Below, piece by piece: positions 57,265 through 64,000 of a stretch of 64,000 bases of DNA; the first letter of the stretch is position 1; every line of letters starts with the position of its first letter. The stretch comes from an uncultured Muribaculaceae bacterium (GTDB lineage: Bacteria > Bacillota_I > Bacilli_A > RF39 > UBA660), in the NCBI GenBank assembly GCA_964408085.1, contig CAYOYB010000006.1:70444-134443 (forward strand), given 5' to 3'. A model generated the notes under the pieces. That model was not told the origin of the DNA. It ran no database searches and saw only the letters and a program-made list of their open reading frames with translations. A program made the position numbers and the translations under genes.

Positions 57265-59094
57265 TTAATTATCACTTAAATATTTTGATAATACCTTAAC
57301 TAATTCATTCTTCTCTATTGGTTTAGATAAATAATCATTAAATCCAACATCCTTATATTTTTTTTCTTTACCTTGTATTGCATCTGCTGTAAGTGCGATT
57401 ACTGGAGTATTAAAATCTGGTATTTGTTTTAATTTTGTTAAGGTTTCTACTCCACCCATCTTTGGCATCATTATATCCATAAGAATTATATCGTATACAA
57501 GCTTATTTTCTATTTTTTCTATACATTCAAAACCACTTGTACAACATGTAATATCTAAATTATAAATTTGAAGTAATTTAGTAGCTACTTTAAGGTTTAA
57601 TAAATTATCATCTACTAAAAGAACTTTTTTATTTTTTAAATCCAAATTTATATTTTCAATTATTTTTTCTTGAGTATATAAACTGTTTCTTATTTCTTGG
57701 CTTAAATAAACAGTAAATGTTGAACCTTTTCCATATTCACTTTGGACAACTATTTTTCCACCCATCATTTCAACTAGACTTTTAGTTATAGAAAGTCCAA
57801 GCCCAGTTCCTTCAATATTCGTATTTTTTTCTTCATCAAATCTTTCAAATTTATTAAATAATTTGTTAACTTGTTCAGTTGTCATTCCTCGTCCTGTATC
57901 TGATATAGATATCATTAATTTACATTCATTTTGCTCATTAATACAATTTACTTTAAAATTAATTTCACCTTTTTCTGAATATTTGACAGAATTAGTAAGT
58001 ATATTTGTCATTATCTGTTTTAATTTACCACAATCTCCATAAAGTACATCTGGTATATCACTTGCAAATTGTGTTTTAAGTTCTATAGGCTTTTCTCCTA
58101 TTCTAGCTATAATTAATTTAGTTAAATTTTCAAGTATTCCTTTTAAATTATATTCTGTATTAATAATCTCCATTTTATTTGCTTCTATTTTACTTATATC
58201 TAGAATTCCATTTACTATTTCAAGTAAGTTTTGTGAGGCCATTACAATATCTCTTGCATCTTCCTTAGCTTCATCAAGATTATCTGCGTTTTCTATATAT
58301 TGACTAAATCCTACGATAGCATTTAATGGTGTTCTTATCTCATGGCTCATACTACTTAAAAAGTCAGTTTTAGCATTATTTGCTTTTTCTGCTTGACCTT
58401 TAGCAAGTTCTAATTGTTTTATTAACTTAACATCTGGGTTTTCAACTGCAAAATACATAAGGAATGTTACAAAAGTTTGCATAGACGCTAATAACAATAA
58501 ACCAGGCATTAAACTTTGAATAATAGTCACAATTACAACTAATAGTATACATACAATAATTGGTAAATATTTTTGTTTTTTTATGTTTTTATGAGCAAAT
58601 AATATTCTTAAGAAAAATGTTAAAGTAATTATAGGTATCACTGTATATGCAAGATCAACGGCTGGACCATAAGCATAAACTATAGTCTCTGTTTCATAAT
58701 TATATACAGGTAATACTATAATACACGCTACTACAATTAAAAAAACTAAACCATACGCAATTATAATATTTCTTAAACCTTTATGTTTTTTGATATCTAA
58801 ATCTTCGTCCTCCAGTGATATAGAAAAAACATAGATAGCAAAAATAACAGACCAAGTTATATAGTAAATAAGTAGTCCATTTGCAACAATTATATTAAAT
58901 ATATTTGTTTCATCTAAATAAAAAATAGTTAATTGAGCTACTATAGCAAGTATAATTCCAACAAAATTAATAATAATTAACAATCCATATATCTTATTTT
59001 CGAAAGTTTTAATTCTTTCTTTTGAGAAAAACAATGCAGTTAATGAAGCTATATAACACAAACTACAAAGTGAAAACATAAAACCTATACTCAT
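57265..59094 (-). CDS. Hybrid sensor histidine kinase (multi-TM sensor, HisKA, HATPase_c, receiver)
   Basis: About 7 N-terminal TM helices. H-box SHEIRTPLNAIVGF, N/G boxes (NSVKYS; DTGRGM; GTGLGLSITKSLV). C-terminal REC domain (VLLVDDNLLN...DIILMDIMMPKMGG...ALTADA). Confidence 0.9.
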   Translation of the reverse strand: MSIGFMFSLCSLCYIASLTALFFSKERIKTFENKIYGLLIIINFVGIILAIVAQLTIFYLDETNIFNIIVANGLLIYYITWSVIFAIYVFSISLEDEDLDIKKHKGLRNIIIAYGLVFLIVVACIIVLPVYNYETETIVYAYGPAVDLAYTVIPIITLTFFLRILFAHKNIKKQKYLPIIVCILLVVIVTIIQSLMPGLLLLASMQTFVTFLMYFAVENPDVKLIKQLELAKGQAEKANNAKTDFLSSMSHEIRTPLNAIVGFSQYIENADNLDEAKEDARDIVMASQNLLEIVNGILDISKIEANKMEIINTEYNLKGILENLTKLIIARIGEKPIELKTQFASDIPDVLYGDCGKLKQIMTNILTNSVKYSEKGEINFKVNCINEQNECKLMISISDTGRGMTTEQVNKLFNKFERFDEEKNTNIEGTGLGLSITKSLVEMMGGKIVVQSEYGKGSTFTVYLSQEIRNSLYTQEKIIENINLDLKNKKVLLVDDNLLNLKVATKLLQIYNLDITCCTSGFECIEKIENKLVYDIILMDIMMPKMGGVETLTKLKQIPDFNTPVIALTADAIQGKEKKYKDVGFNDYLSKPIEKNELVKVLSKYLSDN

Positions 59095-59267
59095 ATCTTA
59101 ACACCTTCTATTGTATATTAAGTATAACATAAAGAATTAAAAAGTTAAATACTAAAGTTACAACTTTTCAATTTGGAAAATGTTGCGCTACTTAAATGTT
59201 TTCAAAACTTTTGGAATATTAAATGATTGGTGTTGCTCTTAATAATTGGTTGCAACATAAAAATTTT

Positions 59268-59900
59268 TTATAAGTTCGTTTTAATCAAATTATTATGAAA
59301 TTTATCTATATTAGACTCAATTGATAAAAGATAAGGAATATCACTTGTTATTTGTACACCATCAAGTTCTTTTATTAAACTAGATAATGGTAATATTTTT
59401 TGATCATATAATTTTTGATTTAATAAACAACTAATGTCTTCAACACTATCTGCTACATAATTTTCAAAATAATATAAGGTCCAAACATTTTTTGACTTAG
59501 AAAATTTTAATTCAAAAATGGGTAATAATTCATCACCTATATGAACACTATTCAAATTAAAAGTTTTTTTATACTCATCAATCAAAGTATTTATTCTTAC
59601 TTTTTTTGTATTACCTTTTTCCTTTTCATAAAATTTTTCATATACTGTTTTATATTCCTCAATCATTTCTCTATATGTCATATTTTTATTTTTAAATTTA
59701 TAATTATCTATTGTAAATTTATGATTTAATTCGTAAAAGGAATAAAGACAATTCCAAGTTTCTGGATTTGTATTATATACAATAATTCCTTTTTTTCCTT
59801 TATACTCTACATTAGTATATAAATTCATCGCACTATCAAGCCTAGTAGGAAACATATATTCAGGTACTTGCTCATCTAAAATATCCTTTGTAATAATCAT
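59268..59900 (-). CDS. Hypothetical protein (210 aa), last gene of the GME/GNAT-NDT operon
   Basis: The GAGGTG RBS sits inside the end of the upstream gene, with a 2-nt gap. No recognisable motif. Confidence 0.45.
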   Translation of the reverse strand: MIITKDILDEQVPEYMFPTRLDSAMNLYTNVEYKGKKGIIVYNTNPETWNCLYSFYELNHKFTIDNYKFKNKNMTYREMIEEYKTVYEKFYEKEKGNTKKVRINTLIDEYKKTFNLNSVHIGDELLPIFELKFSKSKNVWTLYYFENYVADSVEDISCLLNQKLYDQKILPLSSLIKELDGVQITSDIPYLLSIESNIDKFHNNLIKTNL

Positions 59901-59902
59901 TA

Positions 59903-60850
59903 TTACACCTCACTAACAAAATTTAATATATCAGTTTTTATATCTTCTATCTTTTCATAATAAATTATTTTCTTTATATTCCTACAACCTTTTACTAATC
60001 CAGAAATTTTGCTATCTTTATGTGCAATAACCAATATAGGAATACCTAAATTTACAGCCTCTTGCAATTCCATGCCTTGACCAGTTGATATATTACTCAT
60101 CTCTGCAATCATTAATTTGGTATTTCGTAACAATTGCATTGCTCTATCATACCTTTCAAAATCATTTCCTTTAAAATTGATAGTATCGATTGGACTTAGT
60201 ACTTCATATTTGTTACTATCAATTAATGATATTATTTTATTATATATTTCTACTAAATTACTATTAGTAGCTAATACTGCACCTGTTATCAAAATTGTAT
60301 TTTTAACATTTAATTTTTTTGTATAACATTTTATTTCTTTTTTACTAACTTCAGAAATTATACTGTTTCTAAATTGAAAATTTAGTTTTTTAATAATTTT
60401 TGGACTAATATTATTTTCAGAATAATGGCAAAGAACAGCTTCTTCAATACCATCCTCTTTTAATTTTTCAAGCATATATTCAGTTGACTTTAACGCATAA
60501 CCTTTTCCTCTTTTGGATGGTCTAATACCACAAGCAATATGACCAATTGTCTTAATTCCTAATGGTTTTAAATTATGTCTAATTTCACCCATTCCAATTA
60601 ATTCTTCCTCATCAAAAATAAAGTAAAAATCAGAACTTTCAAAATAATCTATATCATAATCAAACACATTGCCTTTACTATAGTCATCTACAACTTTTAA
60701 AACAGCAGCATAATCTAATTCTTCAATAGGATTATTACAATCATAATCAATTATACAAGGTACATATGGTCCACCATATTGTTGCCATTCTTTTATCATT
60801 TCTTTATACTTGTCTTTATGCTTAATTGTTGGTTTTACTAGTTTTATCAT
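59903..60850 (-). CDS. Fusion protein: N-terminal GNAT acetyltransferase + C-terminal nucleoside 2-deoxyribosyltransferase-like domain
   Basis: The first ~175 aa are GNAT-like (IGMGEIRHNL...GIRPSKRGKGYALKSTEYMLEKLKEDGIEEAVLCHYSENNISPKIIKKLNF). The last ~135 aa are NDT-like (NTILITGAV...LMIAEMSNISTGQGMELQEAVNLGIPILVIA). Confidence 0.55.
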   Translation of the reverse strand: MIKLVKPTIKHKDKYKEMIKEWQQYGGPYVPCIIDYDCNNPIEELDYAAVLKVVDDYSKGNVFDYDIDYFESSDFYFIFDEEELIGMGEIRHNLKPLGIKTIGHIACGIRPSKRGKGYALKSTEYMLEKLKEDGIEEAVLCHYSENNISPKIIKKLNFQFRNSIISEVSKKEIKCYTKKLNVKNTILITGAVLATNSNLVEIYNKIISLIDSNKYEVLSPIDTINFKGNDFERYDRAMQLLRNTKLMIAEMSNISTGQGMELQEAVNLGIPILVIAHKDSKISGLVKGCRNIKKIIYYEKIEDIKTDILNFVSEV

Positions 60851-60894
60851 TAAAATGTTCCTTTCTTTTAATATTTACATAATTATATAATTCT

Positions 60895-61743
60895 TTATTC
60901 TCTTTCAATAGGACAAGTAGTACACCTAAAGGCTCCACCATCTTTAGCAGTTTGTGTTAAATTGATTGGTATTATATTTAAATTAAATTTTCTTAATTCA
61001 CTTTCAATTCTTTTATGGTTTGAATTCATTATGATTGTGTTAGAATCTATAACAAAAACATTCGTAGCCAACTCAAATTGCTCTTGTTCAGTTACTTCAA
61101 TCTTGTTAAATTTATCAAGCAATTCATAGGATTCTTTTTCTAGACCATCTTTGTATATTAGAGCTAAATTAGGATTTATAATTGTAAATACTACATCTAA
61201 ATGTAAAAATTTTGGTTTTAATTTTAGTGGTACAATTGAATAATCTTCTCCTAGAACATTATTTAAAAATCTAACTCCTTCCATAGTAGTTCTCTCACTA
61301 ATTCCTACATAAATAGTTTTATTATCAACTATTATATCTCCACCTTCTAAATAAATATTAGATGGTACTTTAATTATCTTAGTTGATTCTACTTGATCAA
61401 TTATTTTATTCCAACCATTTATTGCTAATTTTCTATTTTCTTTTTTCATATTAGATATAAAAAATTTATCTCCAATTACAAAAGCTAAATCTCTAGTAAA
61501 CATTTGTCCTTTTGCACCATCAACTTGTTCTGCTACCAATAAATTAATTTCATGTTTTTTTAATTCATCCCAAAAATTTTTTTGCTCTTCTAATATTTCT
61601 TCTTTAGTTGGAACCCCACCATTTTCAGCATAATATTTAATTGTTTCATTATTAAGAGCTAAATTAGAAGAATCAAAATAGTTAGCACTTGATACTACAA
61701 CAGTTTTCAATTTACTATACTCATTATTTATATTTATTCTCAT
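60895..61743 (-). CDS. Guanidino-group modifying enzyme superfamily protein (DDAH / amidinotransferase / arginine deiminase-like)
   Basis: 282 aa. MFTRDLAFVI, YLEGGDIIV, FLHLDVVF and the C-terminal nucleophile motif DGGAFRCTTCPI. It has its own TTGAAT...TGATATAAT promoter and a GGAGGT RBS. Confidence 0.7.
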   Translation of the reverse strand: MRININNEYSKLKTVVVSSANYFDSSNLALNNETIKYYAENGGVPTKEEILEEQKNFWDELKKHEINLLVAEQVDGAKGQMFTRDLAFVIGDKFFISNMKKENRKLAINGWNKIIDQVESTKIIKVPSNIYLEGGDIIVDNKTIYVGISERTTMEGVRFLNNVLGEDYSIVPLKLKPKFLHLDVVFTIINPNLALIYKDGLEKESYELLDKFNKIEVTEQEQFELATNVFVIDSNTIIMNSNHKRIESELRKFNLNIIPINLTQTAKDGGAFRCTTCPIERE

Positions 61744-61846
61744 AATTATATACCTCCAAAATTTATATATATTATATCATAGGAAAATAAAAAGCATTCA
61801 ATATGATGTTAATTTTTGATATTTTTTAATTAATACTTATACAAGA

Positions 61847-61879
61847 ATAGATGAGAAATTAAAAGCTATTCTCACCTAT
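61847..61879 (-). terminator. Probable (weak) terminator after the reverse transcriptase gene
   Basis: Minus-strand RNA reads AUAGGUGAGAA-(11 nt)-UUCUCAUCUAU, an 11-bp stem with one G.U pair. The interrupted U tract UUCUUGU follows. Confidence 0.45.
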
Positions 61880-61942
61880 TTACAAAATAATTTATTTTAC
61901 AAAATCTAATATGATTATTCCATATAAAAATTTCCAAATCAT

Positions 61943-63538
61943 TTAATTACCATTATTTTTTTTGTTATATTCCTTTATAATATGTTCAACAAACAAATCA
62001 TTACAATTAATTTTCAAATCCTTTATAAATGGTCTATTTTCAGATTCACTCAGCCCATTAAGTACAATTCTTATAATTTGTCTTTTCTCCCAATTATCTG
62101 CTCTTAAATAATAATCCTTTATTTCTAAAATTTCTCCTCTAGTAAAATTAAATCCAATTTGTTCTAATATTGTACGTCCTATATAAATACCTGAGTTCCT
62201 TTTTAAACTTCTAAAAAAATCAAATAGAATTTTCTTTTCTTCATTATTACTGCAATCAAATAGATTAACTATACTAATCAATATATATTCAGGTACATTA
62301 AAATCATTTAACCAATATTCAAACTTAGATAATATAGAGGCATAATCTTTTTTATCTATATACTCTTTGTGTTTTAATATTACATCAGAATAATATGGAA
62401 TAAATTGTGGATATTTTTTTAAAATATCTGGAAATTGAACTAAATATTTAAATTTACTTTTAGCAACTATTATTTTTATCGTTCTTGTAACATCCAATGG
62501 ATCAATAATCATTTCTTTATTTAGTTTATCTAATAATATATTCTCATCCTCATTCTTTAACCTATTAACCTCACTTTGACTAAGTTTTCTAAATTTTGTT
62601 GGAACTACGCCAGAATACCCTCTTATTATTTCAAATAAACCTTCTTTATCACTTGATTTATTTTTACTTATTTTATCATAATAGTTTGAAATATCTCTGA
62701 ATTTTGTTTTACTTAAATTTATCGATAATCCATGCTTATTTAATATTTTAACAAACATTGTAATAATTCTATTAGCTTCATTTGAATCTGCAGCAAAAAA
62801 TCTGTAATCATCTACAAATCTACAAAATTTAACATTGTTTGATATCAAAAAGTTATCAATTTCTATTAAAAAGGCTTCTGCTAATATTCTAGATGCATTG
62901 GACCCAACAGGTAAACCATAAGAATCTCTATTAGCCCAAAACAATAACAACTGATCAATAGTATCTATTATTCTTTTATCAATTGTAGATATAGATAATA
63001 AAGTTGAATTTAATCTATGTATATTTAGTCTATCATAAAAATTTGAAATATCACACTCTATTATTATTTTATATTTTTTTCTAGAAGACAAATCTCGATA
63101 ATGTTTTTTAAAGGAAGAATAATTATATTTTTTATTAAATAACACACCTTTTTCATTAGGACAATATCTATATGAAAAAGCAATAGTTTTACCCACTCTT
63201 TCTCTTTCTACATTTGGTGCAATCAAACATACTAATGATAAATATTTTACTTCATCAATGATATCAATTAAAGCACATTTTCTAAAATCAAAATTATTTT
63301 TTTTAGGTACAAGCATATGAGAAATTTTATTTATTTTTAATTGTTCAAAATTACCATTATGATTGATTATATTATCTAAAATTGAAACAACTACATTAAT
63401 TACTTGATTCTGAAATTCTTTATCCTTTAAAAAATTTATTTCAAAGGGTTTTCTAAATAAAGAGACATCAGTACACCCTTCTAAAATTATATTAGCAATA
63501 GCTATTTTTACACATTTTCTTATTTCATTTCTTTTCAT
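61943..63538 (-). CDS. Reverse transcriptase, stand-alone, with a ~250-aa all-helical C-terminal extension (UG/Abi-like, class unassigned)
   Basis: 531 aa. RT motifs in order: HMLVPKKNNFDFRKCALI (1/2), IIIECDISNFYDRLN (A, Asp163), GLPVGSNASRILAEAFL (B), FCRFVDDYRFFA (C, VDD at nt 62807-62815), GLSINLSKTKF (D/E). AGGAGA RBS. Confidence 0.85.
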   Translation of the reverse strand: MKRNEIRKCVKIAIANIILEGCTDVSLFRKPFEINFLKDKEFQNQVINVVVSILDNIINHNGNFEQLKINKISHMLVPKKNNFDFRKCALIDIIDEVKYLSLVCLIAPNVERERVGKTIAFSYRYCPNEKGVLFNKKYNYSSFKKHYRDLSSRKKYKIIIECDISNFYDRLNIHRLNSTLLSISTIDKRIIDTIDQLLLFWANRDSYGLPVGSNASRILAEAFLIEIDNFLISNNVKFCRFVDDYRFFAADSNEANRIITMFVKILNKHGLSINLSKTKFRDISNYYDKISKNKSSDKEGLFEIIRGYSGVVPTKFRKLSQSEVNRLKNEDENILLDKLNKEMIIDPLDVTRTIKIIVAKSKFKYLVQFPDILKKYPQFIPYYSDVILKHKEYIDKKDYASILSKFEYWLNDFNVPEYILISIVNLFDCSNNEEKKILFDFFRSLKRNSGIYIGRTILEQIGFNFTRGEILEIKDYYLRADNWEKRQIIRIVLNGLSESENRPFIKDLKINCNDLFVEHIIKEYNKKNNGN

Positions 63539-63555
63539 TTTTATCTCCTACTACT

Positions 63556-63610
63556 AAAAAACGCCAGTACAAAAAATTATAAAATATAAGCCTGTACTAG
63601 CGTTTTTTTT
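63556..63610 (-). other. Large hairpin in the RT 5' leader (terminator/attenuator-like or RT-bound RNA element)
   Basis: Minus-strand RNA reads AAAAAACGCUAGUAC-(21-nt loop)-GUACUGGCGUUUUUU. The 10-bp GC-containing core includes one G.U pair. On the plus strand that position is a C-A mismatch, so the element is minus-sense. It ends 12 nt before the RBS. Confidence 0.55.
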
Positions 63611-63622
63611 CTTTTTGGCTAT

Positions 63623-63631
63623 ATTATAACA
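63623..63631 (-). promoter_or_regulatory. Extended -10 promoter element upstream of the RT leader
   Basis: Minus strand reads TGTTATAAT (reverse complement of 63623-63631). No good -35. Confidence 0.4.
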
Positions 63632-63782
63632 CTATTTTTCAAAATTTGATATATTTTTTTATATAATTTTTAAATTTGTTATATTTTTTATAAAATAGGA
63701 TTATATATCACGTTAATATATTTTTTATCATCATTTTTTATATAATTACTATATAATTTTATACTACTAATATTTAGCTAAT

Positions 63783-63812
63783 AAAAAAATATCCCAGTCT
63801 TTCGACTGGGAT
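63783..63812 (-). terminator. Strong rho-independent terminator ~250 nt upstream of the RT
   Basis: Minus strand reads AUCCCAGUC-GAAA-GACUGGGAU (9-bp stem, GNRA loop) followed by AUUUUUUUAU. Confidence 0.8.
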
Positions 63813-63900
63813 TTCAGGGGGCGGTTAGAGTTCACGCACTTCAAAGTTTAATTAAGTACTTTTACCTTTATTTTAATAAGATTTAAAATACTTAAATTTA
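63783..63900 (-). ncRNA. Candidate small/non-coding RNA 3' portion (C-rich single-stranded segment plus terminator)
   Basis: No ORF in any frame between 63813 and 64000. A GC-rich island GAAGUGCGUGAACUCUAACCGCCCCCUGAA sits immediately 5' of the terminator, within otherwise >85% AT sequence. The 5' end is undefined and may lie beyond the window. Confidence 0.3.
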
Positions 63901-64000
63901 ACAAGTATTATATGGATTTTAAAATTTTGGTAGTTGAAAAAACAATATAGCAATTTATAAATTGCATTAAAAACAAATGTATGGTATTATTTTGTTAGCT

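Noticed and set aside
63620-63790. AT-rich reiterations (AATTATATAAAAAA, ATAAAAAATAT) upstream of the RT, considered as a possible CRISPR-like or iteron array
   Set aside because: The repeats are short, irregularly spaced and of low complexity. They cannot be distinguished from chance in sequence that is about 90% AT, and there is no repeat-spacer periodicity.
63813-63842. Group II intron hypothesis for the RT locus (a GTGCG pentamer on the minus strand at 63835-63839 resembles the intron 5' consensus)
   Set aside because: Only ~300 very AT-rich nt separate it from the RT start, with no domain I-IV-like sequence. The RT lacks maturase/X and YADD-type group II features. A strong terminator sits between the pentamer and the RT.
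61943-64000. Retron or diversity-generating retroelement interpretation of the RT
   Set aside because: There are no retron RT signatures (NAxxH, VTG) and no a1/a2 inverted repeats flanking an msr/msd-like segment. The motif B sequence is GSNASR, not the DGR GNLTSQ. I found no template/variable repeat pair in the window. The mosaic paralogs at 33.7-35.4 kb differ by whole-segment replacement, not adenine-specific changes.

Overview
This is a 64-kb chromosomal window from a very AT-rich (about a quarter GC by eye, not computed), endospore-forming Firmicute of the Bacilli/Erysipelotrichia type. Support for that placement: Bacillus-like S12 and ParC sequences, spoIIGA-sigE, sigG, ylmC/ymxH, and lexA-tkt-sirA-yneF synteny. 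About 85% of genes are on the minus strand. No rRNA, tRNA, CRISPR array, transposase or integrase was recognised.

The core backbone, left to right, is:
- the str operon (rpsL-rpsG-fusA)
- proS and mutL
- sigE/spoIIGA and the dcw tail (ftsZ, ftsA, divIB, murB, murG)
- sigG, cls, tgt, tkt, lexA, an RNase J paralog, sufC-sufD'-sufS, parC and an LCP ligase

Accessory-looking content worth follow-up:
1. A 3-kb insertion lies at 53.2-56.3 kb. It is bounded by 59-bp direct repeats of the ZIP-transporter 3' end. It carries its own consensus promoter, two paralogous membrane/coiled-coil proteins and a GS-like amidoligase.
2. An orphan non-retron, non-group-II, non-DGR reverse transcriptase lies at 61.9-63.5 kb. 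It has a structured leader and an upstream C-rich terminator-capped non-coding element. Next to it is an operon encoding a guanidino-modifying enzyme, a GNAT::deoxyribosyltransferase-like fusion and an unknown protein.
3. A tandemly duplicated mini-kinase module lies at 3.5-5.5 kb.
4. A 48-aa membrane peptide is divergent from lexA behind Cheo-type LexA boxes.
5. A 1.08-kb tandem duplication between tgt and a GATase gene left pseudogene relics and a mosaic paralog pair.

All functional calls come from reading motifs by eye. No database search was run.
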